Assembly (NCBI GenBank): GCA_965283695.1
Contig: CBDIPP010000015.1
Location: forward strand, 155 to 64,154
DNA length: 64,000 nt
Source of the DNA: an uncultured Parvibaculaceae bacterium
GTDB taxonomy: Bacteria; Pseudomonadota; Alphaproteobacteria; Parvibaculales; Parvibaculaceae
Direction of reading: 5' to 3'
In this document: positions 20,092-29,646 of the stretch, piece after piece
How positions within the stretch are numbered: position 1 is the stretch's first letter
Layout of the letters: each line of letters opens with the position of its first letter
The notes under the pieces: generated by a model
Told to the model about the DNA's origin: nothing
Database searches by the model: none
Seen by the model: the letters and a program-made list of their open reading frames with translations, nothing else
Made by a program: the position numbers and the translations under genes

Positions 20092-21072
20092 CTAACGGGT
20101 CGGTCCATACCTCTGCGCATATTGTTTAGGCGTCATGCCGCTTGCTCTGGCGAATTGTTTTCTGAATGCGCTTTCGTCAGCAAAGCCAGTAGCCAGCATC
20201 AAATCCCGCACAGGCGCGGCAGTTGTTTCGATCAGCCGTTTGGCGACCCCCATTCTGATCTGATTGATAAATGCCTTGGGGGTCACGCTCGTGGTTTCTG
20301 CGAGACGTCGTTGTAACGTTCTTGAAGTAAGGCCTAGTTCGGAGGCGACGTCGCCCACCGTAGGTAGGTCTGGCAACGAACCCAGGACGATCCGCTCGAT
20401 GCGCTTTTCAAGCGGCGGTTTTGCTGTCATCAACTCCATCGTCCGAAATGCGGACTGCGAAGGTGGCGACCTCTCGATCATCGCAAATTTGGCGACCAGT
20501 GAAGCCAAGGAACGAGACTTCAATCTTTCGATCAGGTGAAGACCTAGATCGAGGTGGGAGTAAGGCCCTGCCGCACAAATGATGCCACTGTCGTCGGTAA
20601 GCGTTTCCTCTTCACTCAGGTGAATATCCGGATAGTTTTCTTTCAACTGGCTTTGCGCCCACCATGTTGCTGTGGCCTTGCGGCTCCGCAGGAGGCCAGC
20701 TTCTGCGAGCAGAAAAACAGCGCTACATTGTGCGGCGATCACACAGCCAGCCGACGCCCAATGCCGCAACACATCTGTTTCTGCGACTCTGGTTTTCACG
20801 GCCGCGCCGAGATCAAGACCCTTGGTCATACAACCGGGCACGATGAGCAGATCGCCCTTCTTTGCCGTGGGCAGCTTTCGCGCCACTGGTAGCGCTATTC
20901 CCTCTTCGGTCAGAACAGGCTCTGCTGACAAGCCGACAATTATGGGATTGAGCTGCGGCCCCTTTTTTCCCAATTCCAGCGAAATGCGGTTTGCCAGATG
21001 GAATATTTCGGACAGGCCCAAAACGGCTGACCCTACGCACCCGGGTAAAGCCAAGATGTAAATCTGTTGCAT
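20092..21072 (-). CDS. GlxA-family transcriptional regulator (DJ-1/PfpI domain + AraC HTH)
   Basis: The N-terminal DJ-1-like domain lacks a clear catalytic context. The C-terminal part carries AraC-type HTH repeats (SRTLQRRL..., GFADESAFRKQF). Confidence 0.85.
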   Translation of the reverse strand: MQQIYILALPGCVGSAVLGLSEIFHLANRISLELGKKGPQLNPIIVGLSAEPVLTEEGIALPVARKLPTAKKGDLLIVPGCMTKGLDLGAAVKTRVAETDVLRHWASAGCVIAAQCSAVFLLAEAGLLRSRKATATWWAQSQLKENYPDIHLSEEETLTDDSGIICAAGPYSHLDLGLHLIERLKSRSLASLVAKFAMIERSPPSQSAFRTMELMTAKPPLEKRIERIVLGSLPDLPTVGDVASELGLTSRTLQRRLAETTSVTPKAFINQIRMGVAKRLIETTAAPVRDLMLATGFADESAFRKQFARASGMTPKQYAQRYGPTR

Positions 21073-21189
21073 GAAAATGGCCCTCTACAGGTTTGTCGTG
21101 TTTACCCATATATTTGTCTTTTTCGCCAATGGTCAACCGGGAAGCTCTGCGCAAAGTTCGGAACAAATTCGCAATCCAGAGGTTCAGAC

Positions 21190-21630
21190 ATGCAAAATGC
21201 TTCCCTTACCCCAACATTGAAATTGCTGCGCGGCGTCCTGGTCTTCAAAATCGGCGTGACTGTGCTTCTTTGGGCCGGTCCGCTTCTTCTGTTCCCGGTC
21301 TCGCTGTTTGAAACGCTGATGGGCGAAGCCCCTGCCCCCATCAGCTACGCCCGCCTGCTGGGCGTCGCTTACCTGGCGCTTATCGTGAATTATGCAGGCG
21401 GCTTCGTCCAAGCGACACGGGGATCTATCCCATGGGTCACGATCTGGACGGGGCTTGTAAGCAATGGAGGCGGACTGCTGATGTTGGCCTACCTGAACCA
21501 TTCAGGTGCGCAAAATGCATCGCCACTCACGCTTGTTTCTATGACAGCTCTCGCAATGATCGTAGCTGGCCTGACTGTTTGCGCAGTTAAGCTAAGGCCT
21601 TCAGCTGACGCAACACCAGCGACAGCCTAG
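21190..21630 (+). CDS. hypothetical membrane protein
   Basis: 146 aa from ATG 21190 with four hydrophobic segments. Divergent from the GlxA regulator. Confidence 0.5.
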   Translation: MQNASLTPTLKLLRGVLVFKIGVTVLLWAGPLLLFPVSLFETLMGEAPAPISYARLLGVAYLALIVNYAGGFVQATRGSIPWVTIWTGLVSNGGGLLMLAYLNHSGAQNASPLTLVSMTALAMIVAGLTVCAVKLRPSADATPATA

Positions 21631-22199
21631 TTGACTTTGGTCTCAGCCTCGGTGCCCTGCTCACGTACGGAAAGCTTGTTGCCCTGCGTTTCAAAGACGG
21701 TGACAGAGCAATTGTCGGGCCGGAAACAAATGACCCGTGGGTCGTCCAATGCGTGACCAACGGCCGCGTTGATGGCGATGAAGTGAGAGAAAATCACCGT
21801 GTCGGATTTCAGTTCGAGCAATGCATCAACCACGGATTGTTTCCAGCCGACCAGATTTAGATCATGACCGATGGGTGCTTCAGTCTCAGCCCAAGTTCCG
21901 GTCATGATTTCTCTCAACCAGACACCGCGTTCTTCAAGACTTAGGTTGGGTGACGGGATCTCAGCGACCCTGGGTTCGATGATCGTCGTTTGGCCCCACG
22001 CAGCAGAAAGCGGCACGCTTGTTTCCTGACAGCGTCGCAACGGGCTCGACATAGTTGGGAGTGCCGATGCCTCTCGGGACATGATTGCTTTCGCCGCTGC
22101 TTCTGACTGCGCGCGTCCCAGGTCAGAAAGGCCTGGGTCTTTGTCTTCACTCCAGCCCGCTGCTGCTTCGCCGTGTCGGATCATATAGATTCGTGCCAT
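21627..22199 (-). CDS. histidine phosphatase family protein (phosphoglycerate mutase-like)
   Basis: N-terminal RHGE motif (MARIYMIRHGEAAAGW) and a downstream SHF/H motif. Confidence 0.8.
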   Translation of the reverse strand: MARIYMIRHGEAAAGWSEDKDPGLSDLGRAQSEAAAKAIMSREASALPTMSSPLRRCQETSVPLSAAWGQTTIIEPRVAEIPSPNLSLEERGVWLREIMTGTWAETEAPIGHDLNLVGWKQSVVDALLELKSDTVIFSHFIAINAAVGHALDDPRVICFRPDNCSVTVFETQGNKLSVREQGTEAETKVN

Positions 22200-22296
22200 T
22201 CCAAACTCCCATGCCGCAACAGGAAAACTGTCGACCCTATCGACAGAGCTCTATGCGGCGAATAACGTTCCAATATGTCAATGCGGAGGGAATAGC

Positions 22297-22656
22297 ATGT
22301 CCGACCAAAGCGGTCCAAATAGTGGCTCCAACAATTCAGATATCGTCAAACTGATCTATCTGCTCAATTTCGGAGGATTTGTGACCGGAGGCCTCACAAC
22401 GATTATCGGCTTAGTCATGGCCTATCTCCGACGCGCAGATGCTGATGATCTAACTGAGACACATTTCACCTATCAGATACGCACCTTTTGGATCGGCTTG
22501 CTATACTTCACCATCAGCGCAATTTTGTTCGTATTTGTGATTGGCATGCTCACTATGGTCGCCACCGCCATCTGGGTGATCGTACGAAACGCCAAAGGGT
22601 TCTTCTCGATGAACGACAATGAACCTGTGCCTGACCCTGAAACCTGGCTTTGGTGA
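22297..22656 (+). CDS. small membrane protein (DUF4870-like)
   Basis: 119 aa with hydrophobic helices flanking THFTYQIRTFWIG. Confidence 0.55.
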   Translation: MSDQSGPNSGSNNSDIVKLIYLLNFGGFVTGGLTTIIGLVMAYLRRADADDLTETHFTYQIRTFWIGLLYFTISAILFVFVIGMLTMVATAIWVIVRNAKGFFSMNDNEPVPDPETWLW

Positions 22657-22657
22657 C

Positions 22658-22688
22658 AAAAAAAGGCGGCTCCAAGAGCCGCCTTTTG
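22658..22688. terminator. bidirectional rho-independent terminator
   Basis: A7 - GGCGGCTC-CAA-GAGCCGCC - TTTT, between convergent genes. Confidence 0.7.
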
Positions 22689-22710
22689 AAGTTGAGGTTC
22701 CGCTCTGGAT

Positions 22711-24246
22711 TTATGCGAGCGTGAAAATGTTGAGCCCCGTGTCTGTGTTTTCAACGGTCCCGGGGCGGCCAAGGCTTTCCTGGTTGAGCAGGCTTTGAAT
22801 GTCGGCTTCAGCGGTGACGTGCGATACGAACCGCGCGTCGTCTGCATCCAACCGTCCCATTACGATGCCGAACTCCGGACCATTGCGACCGTGCATGACG
22901 GTGAAGGTTTCGATTTTCGCGGCACCGTTCGGTTTCTCTTCGACACGAGGATGATCCATCGCATCAATCTCAGCCTGATAGTTCGCAGGGTTTTCTCGCT
23001 TCCAGGGCCCCTCTGTCGGTGTCGTGGAATAAAGGCCCATACCGTGCTTCGTCACATAGTAGCCGTTTGACGTGCACATGCCTTTCTTGCCCGGGTTCGC
23101 GCGCAGTTTTTCAACCATGGTGGCAATTGAGTGCATGACGTAATTATTCCCGGCACCACCGAAGTAAGGTAGGCCGCCCGTGACCGTCAGCGAACGAGGG
23201 TCCCCGACTTTGATGCCGAGCTCCTTCATGCCGATCTGGACCGCACTCGGGAAGCAGGAATAGAGATCCATGATGTCGATATCATCAATTGACCACCCGG
23301 CCTGAGCAAAAGCCTTCTGTCCCATCGTCCGGATAGCCGGACTTGAGTGGAAATTCTGTCGCTCTGTCAGGAACCAGTGGTCATTCGCATCACCGGAGCC
23401 GTGGAGATAAACCCACTTGTCTTCTGGCACGCCCAGCTCGCGGGCTTTCTCCACAGACATCATGACGACGGCTGCCGCCTGATCGACCGCCATAATCGCG
23501 TTCATATATTTTGTGTATGGATAGCCGACATAGCGGTTGGCATCACTTGGCGTTGCAATCTCTTCCGGCGACCGTTCAATGGGAAACCAGGCTTGAGGAT
23601 GCGATGCAGCAACCTTCGTGAAGGGCGACATCAATTCGCCAATAAACATCTGGTGGTCTTTGACAGAGCGTCCTGCTTCTCCGCGCAGTGCATTCTCAAA
23701 GAGCGGATAGCAATTCACCGGGTGCTGAAGCTTGTGAAGATTTTCAACCTTGGTGGCGCCCTCTTTTTCATATCCGATATCGATCCGGTTACCGCCGGGA
23801 TCGTCGTTCCAGCTTTCAGGCGTCTTGCCTGCCATCAGGAGCTTTTGCATGGATCCGAAGCACTCAACGCCAGCAAGAAGAACGATGTCCTGATCGCCTT
23901 CCGCAATTTTTTCTGCGGTGTAATTCACCAACAGCTGGGGTGTGTTGCCGCCAGTTGGGCCATAACAGGTATTTGCCGGTGTTGCGCCCAACTTGTTGGC
24001 AAGCGTCTGGGGCAGATTGGCATATTGACTGATCGGCAGTTCACGACTGCCGGGACTGTCAATCACAAAGCGGGTGCATGTGATGGTATCGAGCTTGCCG
24101 GTCAACTCGGCAATCGTGGTGTCTGCAAGTGCCAGCTTTGCGGCATCCGCCATCAGTGAGGCAGGGTCTTTGACCTTATCCAGGTCTTTTTCTTTTTGAA
24201 CTACCTGCCCACATCCAACAAGGATGGGCGTGCGCGGATCTATCAT
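22711..24246 (-). CDS. thiolase-like acetyl-CoA acetyltransferase family protein with C-terminal extension
   Basis: 511 aa: PILVGCGQ, DLYSCFPSAVQ, GGLPYFGGAGNNY. The C-terminal ~100 aa form an extra domain. Confidence 0.8.
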   Translation of the reverse strand: MIDPRTPILVGCGQVVQKEKDLDKVKDPASLMADAAKLALADTTIAELTGKLDTITCTRFVIDSPGSRELPISQYANLPQTLANKLGATPANTCYGPTGGNTPQLLVNYTAEKIAEGDQDIVLLAGVECFGSMQKLLMAGKTPESWNDDPGGNRIDIGYEKEGATKVENLHKLQHPVNCYPLFENALRGEAGRSVKDHQMFIGELMSPFTKVAASHPQAWFPIERSPEEIATPSDANRYVGYPYTKYMNAIMAVDQAAAVVMMSVEKARELGVPEDKWVYLHGSGDANDHWFLTERQNFHSSPAIRTMGQKAFAQAGWSIDDIDIMDLYSCFPSAVQIGMKELGIKVGDPRSLTVTGGLPYFGGAGNNYVMHSIATMVEKLRANPGKKGMCTSNGYYVTKHGMGLYSTTPTEGPWKRENPANYQAEIDAMDHPRVEEKPNGAAKIETFTVMHGRNGPEFGIVMGRLDADDARFVSHVTAEADIQSLLNQESLGRPGTVENTDTGLNIFTLA

Positions 24247-24361
24247 CCGATTACTCCCGTTTGTTTTGCTCTCACGACTAATTGCCCGTGAAGATAACGA
24301 TAGGCCTTGCGCTGTCCAGTGCGCCGATATGACGTCGCGTTTTGCTTAGACGTTGATGCGT

Positions 24362-25606
24362 TCAGCAAGACAAGGCGACACCAAGCTCGGCAAATGCCTC
24401 AACCCATTTTGTTGTCGTCGGCAAATCAACTGCGCTTGGCCAGGTGTCAGCTGGATGATGAAACAGTCCGTTGCCGCCCAGGAGCGAAACGTAGCGCCCC
24501 TCCTCATCATGAATGTTACGGGCCTCACCAAATGGATGCGTACCCATTTCGGTCTCGACCGCGGGTTTCAAATCGCGCGCAGACAGAGGACCTGCGAGCG
24601 CGGACTTTGCTTCCTCATCGGAATATTGCAATCGAATTGCGCTCCCGACACCTGCCGCAAAGTTTGCACCGAGGTGAACCCACATGTGAGCACGCTTAAC
24701 CAGCTCTTGCCTTGCCTCCAGATAGTGATCCAGCCCGATATGACCCAACTCGTGGCCCGTGTTTGCAGTGAACATGACATCACGCTCGGGACCTTCAAGC
24801 TTTATCGCACGCATCATTTCCAGCATGCAGGCTATGCCACCTCCTCGCTCAGACGCACAGGCCCACCAGCCACTGCGCGGCGTCATGATCACAAGGGGAT
24901 CAAGGTTTGCATTCTTGCCTTTGATGGTGCCCAGTACATTGATCCCTGTTGCCTCGACATAATCGCAATGTGCGATCAGCTGCGCGTGCATACCAGCTTC
25001 CTGCGCCGCCGTGATGGTCGACCCGTGCGTGTTGGAAATTTGTAGAACGGGGGGTCCAAACGGCGCTTTGAAATCTTCCGCATTAAAAAGAGTCGTTCCA
25101 GGCGGCAGCCTGTCGTCCGTCACCACAAGAATTGCCTTGTGTGTTGGCTCGGCGCGCGCCTTCAATAGTGCCTGCCCCCCGGGCGTAGAGAAATGCGGGA
25201 GAGACTGCAGGACACCGATCTCCGCATCAGAGCCCAACTCCCCAAGCCGTCCCTCAACACCCTCAGCATCAGTATAGGTACAATCAAAAAGTGGGATACC
25301 TTCGACTTCTGCCCCATCAAGCACCAGCGCTGACTGTTTGACGTCAATACGCTTGAAGCTAAAACGGTCTTCTTGGTGAGAAACGCCTAATTTCGTAATC
25401 TCTTTTTCAAGCCATTCCGCACTGGCCAAATCGACCTTGGTTCCAGATCGATGGATTCCCTGTTCGGAATATTCTCTAATAAGACGGTCAATTCGTTCGG
25501 CCGCACTTGTTTCAGGCACATCTGCCTCCTTCGCAAAAAGACTAGTGGTTCGTTGCGCGAACGGTGTCGCGGCAATTGCCTTGGCGACTTCTCGTCTTGA
25601 TTTCAT
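24362..25606 (-). CDS. M28-like Zn-peptidase-fold protein with PA-like insert; function uncertain
   Basis: 414 aa. By-eye similarity to M28 architecture (IHRSGT..., NVLGTIKGKN, ...GGGIACMLEMMRAI, FTANTGHELGHIG). The N-terminus MKSRREVAK is a possible Tat-like signal. Confidence 0.45.
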   Translation of the reverse strand: MKSRREVAKAIAATPFAQRTTSLFAKEADVPETSAAERIDRLIREYSEQGIHRSGTKVDLASAEWLEKEITKLGVSHQEDRFSFKRIDVKQSALVLDGAEVEGIPLFDCTYTDAEGVEGRLGELGSDAEIGVLQSLPHFSTPGGQALLKARAEPTHKAILVVTDDRLPPGTTLFNAEDFKAPFGPPVLQISNTHGSTITAAQEAGMHAQLIAHCDYVEATGINVLGTIKGKNANLDPLVIMTPRSGWWACASERGGGIACMLEMMRAIKLEGPERDVMFTANTGHELGHIGLDHYLEARQELVKRAHMWVHLGANFAAGVGSAIRLQYSDEEAKSALAGPLSARDLKPAVETEMGTHPFGEARNIHDEEGRYVSLLGGNGLFHHPADTWPSAVDLPTTTKWVEAFAELGVALSC

Positions 25607-25790
25607 TCCTGCAATTTCCCCTTGTTGATCCCGAACTATCCGTCACCCTCACCTTGCCTATCGACGGTCAAAGAACAGCGTTCCTATCCCAGGGAGGTAT
25701 TCGACCGATCACAGGAATGTCACCGGTGTTCAATTGGAAATCTCAGTCAACGCACCAACTATTGGTTAACTCGACCATCAAGGTGACACT

Positions 25791-26453
25791 ATGACCGATC
25801 AAGAAAAAAGCCCAACACCAATAAAAGTCACCCTCTATCGATGGGCCGGGCAATGGGGACCGTTCAAAATAAATATCCCTTGCGGTGAGTGTGCCCTCAC
25901 CGTGGATATCATCGAAGATACGATGGCCAATGAGCTGAACGGCGTTCCCATCGAACTTGATGTGCGCGAGTGGCTTTCGGAATGGTGGAAGCCGCTTCGC
26001 AAGGGTGCTTGGCATGCGCCAATCGTTCTAGTTGAGGGAGAAGTTGTTTCAGAGGGCGAAGCGCTCAACCGCGGTGTGTTGGCTGAGAAAGTCATGAACA
26101 TCGCCACCGAGCGTTTCGAGATAGAGGGCAATCAGGTTTTCGGCAAAGCGAACTGCCCGCACTGCATACGCGCAAAAAAATATCTGGACGACGCAGGGAT
26201 TGAGTACACCTACCATGACGTGGTGAAGAACCCAGGTCGGATGTATGAAATGTTTCCGCGCGTGAAAGCTCACATCGGTGAGAAAACGCCCGTCACCGTT
26301 CCGCAAATCTGGCTGGACGGCGGCTATATAGGCGGGGCAGACCAACTCTCCAAAAAGCTTGGCGTGAAAATTCCACCGCAAAAGGACCGTGCGCGCTCGT
26401 CGCTCTCACCTTCACGGTGGTTCGGACGACGCCCAAAAGCCGCGGCAGCTTAG
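25791..26453 (+). CDS. two-domain thioredoxin-fold protein (Trx_3-like CGEC domain + glutaredoxin CPHC domain)
   Basis: The C-terminal half is a classical glutaredoxin (NCPHCIRAKKYL...TVPQIWLDGGYIGGADQL). The N-terminal half is a second Trx-like unit with CGEC. Confidence 0.7.
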   Translation: MTDQEKSPTPIKVTLYRWAGQWGPFKINIPCGECALTVDIIEDTMANELNGVPIELDVREWLSEWWKPLRKGAWHAPIVLVEGEVVSEGEALNRGVLAEKVMNIATERFEIEGNQVFGKANCPHCIRAKKYLDDAGIEYTYHDVVKNPGRMYEMFPRVKAHIGEKTPVTVPQIWLDGGYIGGADQLSKKLGVKIPPQKDRARSSLSPSRWFGRRPKAAAA

Positions 26454-26881
26454 CGCTGACGATTAATCCCCGCCCATAGGACAATAAGCAATAGCGGCAA
26501 CACCAATTCGATAATCATAAGTAAGATGAAAAGTGGATGCGGGTACCCCACTGTCATAAGAGACAGAAGTCGACCTGCGCCACCTGCGAAGAATAGCCCT
26601 GCAAAGATGGGAACAAATTTCAAGTTCTCCTCAAGGCTGTTTGCAGCTCGAAGCACAATAATTCCGTAGGCCAGCCAAAAGACAGAATAGAACCGAAGCT
26701 CGGAATCGACATTGGGCGATGACATGCCATGGAGTTCTTGAGGATCAGACAAAAAGAAATTAATGAGTGCTGCAAAAAACTGCCCCGTGGCATCAGACCC
26801 CAGAAGCAACATCGACAGACCGATGCCAATTGCTGCGGCACCCAGAACAAACAGGTTCGCACGCAAGATCAGTTTCATCAT
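26450..26881 (-). CDS. small membrane protein (DUF4345-like)
   Basis: 143 aa with four hydrophobic helices. Confidence 0.5.
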   Translation of the reverse strand: MMKLILRANLFVLGAAAIGIGLSMLLLGSDATGQFFAALINFFLSDPQELHGMSSPNVDSELRFYSVFWLAYGIIVLRAANSLEENLKFVPIFAGLFFAGGAGRLLSLMTVGYPHPLFILLMIIELVLPLLLIVLWAGINRQR

Positions 26882-27033
26882 GTTGGCTCCAACTCTGTTC
26901 GGTCCGACGGTGGTCCAAACAATTGCACACAGAAGAAATGCTCTGCATAAGACAGATTGTCACGTGGAGACCGCAACAAACCAACGTGACTCGCCAAATG
27001 CTAAGCTGCTGCTGGGGATGAAGGCGAGACGAC

Positions 27034-27696
27034 CTAAACTGGGTTCTTCTCGCGGTAGTCGAAAGCACTCAGAAGAAAACGTGCGCCCAGGATCAATGCG
27101 TCCGCATTCACACTGTGATCAAGATCCGGCATGATTTTTCCCGCCGCGACGATGCCCACTTGTTGCAATGCTTCGAGTGCAGGCGCTTGAGCGCTCGCCG
27201 GGACTATTGGGTCTGCACCTCCGTTGATGAGCATCACCGGAGGCTTGCAGGTTATCTCATCTGCCAACCGATCCCGCCCGACAAGAGCCCCTGCGTATCC
27301 CAACAAGGCCGCTGGCGCGATTGCCTGCCTGAGGCCCGCATGCAGCGTCATTAATGTACCTTGAGAAAAGCCCACCAATGCCAACCTGTCTGCAGGCAGC
27401 CCCATAAACGAGAGCTCCTGGTCGAGCGTTGGTTGAAGCTCATCAGCGGCATTCTCCACTTCAGGAAAAAGAAGCGGATGACCGGGAGGCAGTCGGGGTA
27501 TCCACTGAAAACCGCCTGGTGCATCTGGACAGGGCGTCGGCGCAGACGGTGCAGCGAATGCGACATGCGGCATGGACTTCGCCCAATAGTCAGCGAAGGA
27601 CATTAGGTCGGCTCCGTTTGAGCCGAGGCCATGCAGAAACACGACAAGCCATTTTGCCTCACCGCTTAGTGCTTCTCTACGGAGGGGGTCACTCAT
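27034..27696 (-). CDS. alpha/beta hydrolase, phospholipase/carboxylesterase family
   Basis: VVFLHGLGSNGADL and nucleophile elbow GFSQG. 4-nt overlap with the upstream aminotransferase. Confidence 0.8.
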   Translation of the reverse strand: MSDPLRREALSGEAKWLVVFLHGLGSNGADLMSFADYWAKSMPHVAFAAPSAPTPCPDAPGGFQWIPRLPPGHPLLFPEVENAADELQPTLDQELSFMGLPADRLALVGFSQGTLMTLHAGLRQAIAPAALLGYAGALVGRDRLADEITCKPPVMLINGGADPIVPASAQAPALEALQQVGIVAAGKIMPDLDHSVNADALILGARFLLSAFDYREKNPV

Positions 27697-28865
27697 CCGA
27701 AGAACCGCTTCAGGCGGAAGACGCTCTCTTCGAGTACTTCAGGTTGTTTAGAGAAACAAAAGCGAACCATGTTTCGCGGAATGCCCACGCCTCCGTCGCG
27801 AGGCTTGTAGAACGGGCTGACCGGGATAGCGCTTACGCCCGCGCTCGCTGTTATCTCTTTGCAGAAATCCAAATCGGTCCCGTTGTAGCCGAGGCCGGTG
27901 ATGTCGGTTGTCACGAAATATGTGCCATCAGAGCGCACAACATCAAATCCGACAGCCGCCAATCCTTTGGACAGAAGATCCCGCTTCTGCTCCAGGTCGG
28001 TGGCCAGGTTTTGGAAATAGGCATCCCCCTGCCCGAGCCCCCAGGCCACTGCCAACTGAAACGCCGGGGGCGTTGTGAATGTCACAAACTGATGGGCCTT
28101 GGTGACGAGCGCTAGCAGGTCTGGCGCGGCGGTCACATACCCGATTTTCCACCCTGTCAGAGAGAAGGTCTTTCCAGCTGAGGCAATTCGCACGCAACGG
28201 TCTCGCATGCCAGGCAAAGCCATCATCGTCTCGTGCGCTGCGCCGGCATAGACCAGGTGTTCATAGACTTCATCGAGGATCACATAGGCATCATTCTTTT
28301 GCGCAAGATCTGCGATGCCCTGGAGCTCGGCTTTGGAGAAGACCTTGCCTGTCGGGTTCATGGGCGTGTTCACAACAATGAGCTTGGTCTTGTCTGAGAA
28401 CGCACCAGCTAGCACTTCCAGGTCAAGATCCCAATTGGGCGCCTCTAGCCCGACGGTCACGGCTCGCGCGCCTGTCGCCTCAACCATGGGAAGATAGGAA
28501 TCATAGAAGGGTTCAATGAGGATTGCCTCGTCGCCCGGATTCAACAGCGCTAAAAAGCAGTCTGCCAGAGCCTCGGTTGCGCCAGAGGTGACAAGTGTCT
28601 CCGACTGCCAGTCGACATCCAGCCCATAGAAGCGTGTGTCATGATCGGCGACTGCTTTTCGAAGCTCCGGGAGCCCCATGGAAGGCGGATATTGGTTTGG
28701 GCCCGCCATGATGGCCTGGGCGGCCCGCTCGCGAAGCTCCACCGGCCCCTCGTCATCTGGGAACCCTTGGCCCAGATTGATGGCCCCATGTTCCATCGCC
28801 ATTGCCGACATGGTGCTGAAGATTGTCGTCCCGAGCCCTGAGAAAACCGAGTTTCCTGGCCGCAT
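27693..28865 (-). CDS. PLP-dependent aminotransferase class I (YbdL / kynurenine-methionine aminotransferase-like)
   Basis: AINLGQGFPD, NTPMNPTGKVF, and PLP-lysine motif SAGKTFSLTGWKIGY. Confidence 0.9.
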   Translation of the reverse strand: MRPGNSVFSGLGTTIFSTMSAMAMEHGAINLGQGFPDDEGPVELRERAAQAIMAGPNQYPPSMGLPELRKAVADHDTRFYGLDVDWQSETLVTSGATEALADCFLALLNPGDEAILIEPFYDSYLPMVEATGARAVTVGLEAPNWDLDLEVLAGAFSDKTKLIVVNTPMNPTGKVFSKAELQGIADLAQKNDAYVILDEVYEHLVYAGAAHETMMALPGMRDRCVRIASAGKTFSLTGWKIGYVTAAPDLLALVTKAHQFVTFTTPPAFQLAVAWGLGQGDAYFQNLATDLEQKRDLLSKGLAAVGFDVVRSDGTYFVTTDITGLGYNGTDLDFCKEITASAGVSAIPVSPFYKPRDGGVGIPRNMVRFCFSKQPEVLEESVFRLKRFFG

Positions 28866-28937
28866 TGTTCCCCCGATTGAGCTGATTTCACGTGCCGCGG
28901 AGCATTTCAGAGGTTCGGCGATCGAGCAATGACCAGC

Positions 28938-28987
28938 TGCACAAAGTGCACGAGATCATTTTTTGTGCATATGCCTATTTTTTGTGC
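28938..28987 (+). promoter_or_regulatory. array of GTGC(A) half-sites upstream of glnB (unknown regulator)
   Basis: Palindrome TGCAC-AAA-GTGCA (28938..28950), then the 11-bp direct repeat ATTTTTTGTGC at 28958 and 28977. GTGC cores are spaced 19 bp apart. Confidence 0.3.
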
Positions 28988-29073
28988 TCAATATCTGCTC
29001 AGGAAATGAGCGACACATACTAGATACCCATACAAACTATTGATTTTAAAAGCCTATTTGCAGCCCAATGCAT

Positions 29074-29089
29074 TGGCATAGCTTGTGCT
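29074..29089 (+). promoter_or_regulatory. candidate sigma-54 (-24/-12) promoter for glnB
   Basis: TGGCATAGCTTGTGCT compared with consensus TGGCACG-N4-TTGCW. The GG and GC dinucleotides have canonical spacing. It lies 126 nt upstream of the glnB ATG. Confidence 0.45.
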
Positions 29090-29091
29090 AA

Positions 29092-29553
<462 letters not shown>

Positions 29554-29646
29554 TACCACACGCCCCTTCTGAGGGGTTTGTGCAAATCCAACCGGTAGGC
29601 AGAAGCCTGCCATTACTTACGAGACACAGCAGGGAAAGAGAACACC

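Noticed and set aside
28938-28950. TGCAC-AAA-GTGCA as a canonical NtrC site
   Set aside because: The half-site spacing is 4 bp shorter than the TGCACC-N5-GGTGCA consensus. I kept it only as an unassigned palindrome.
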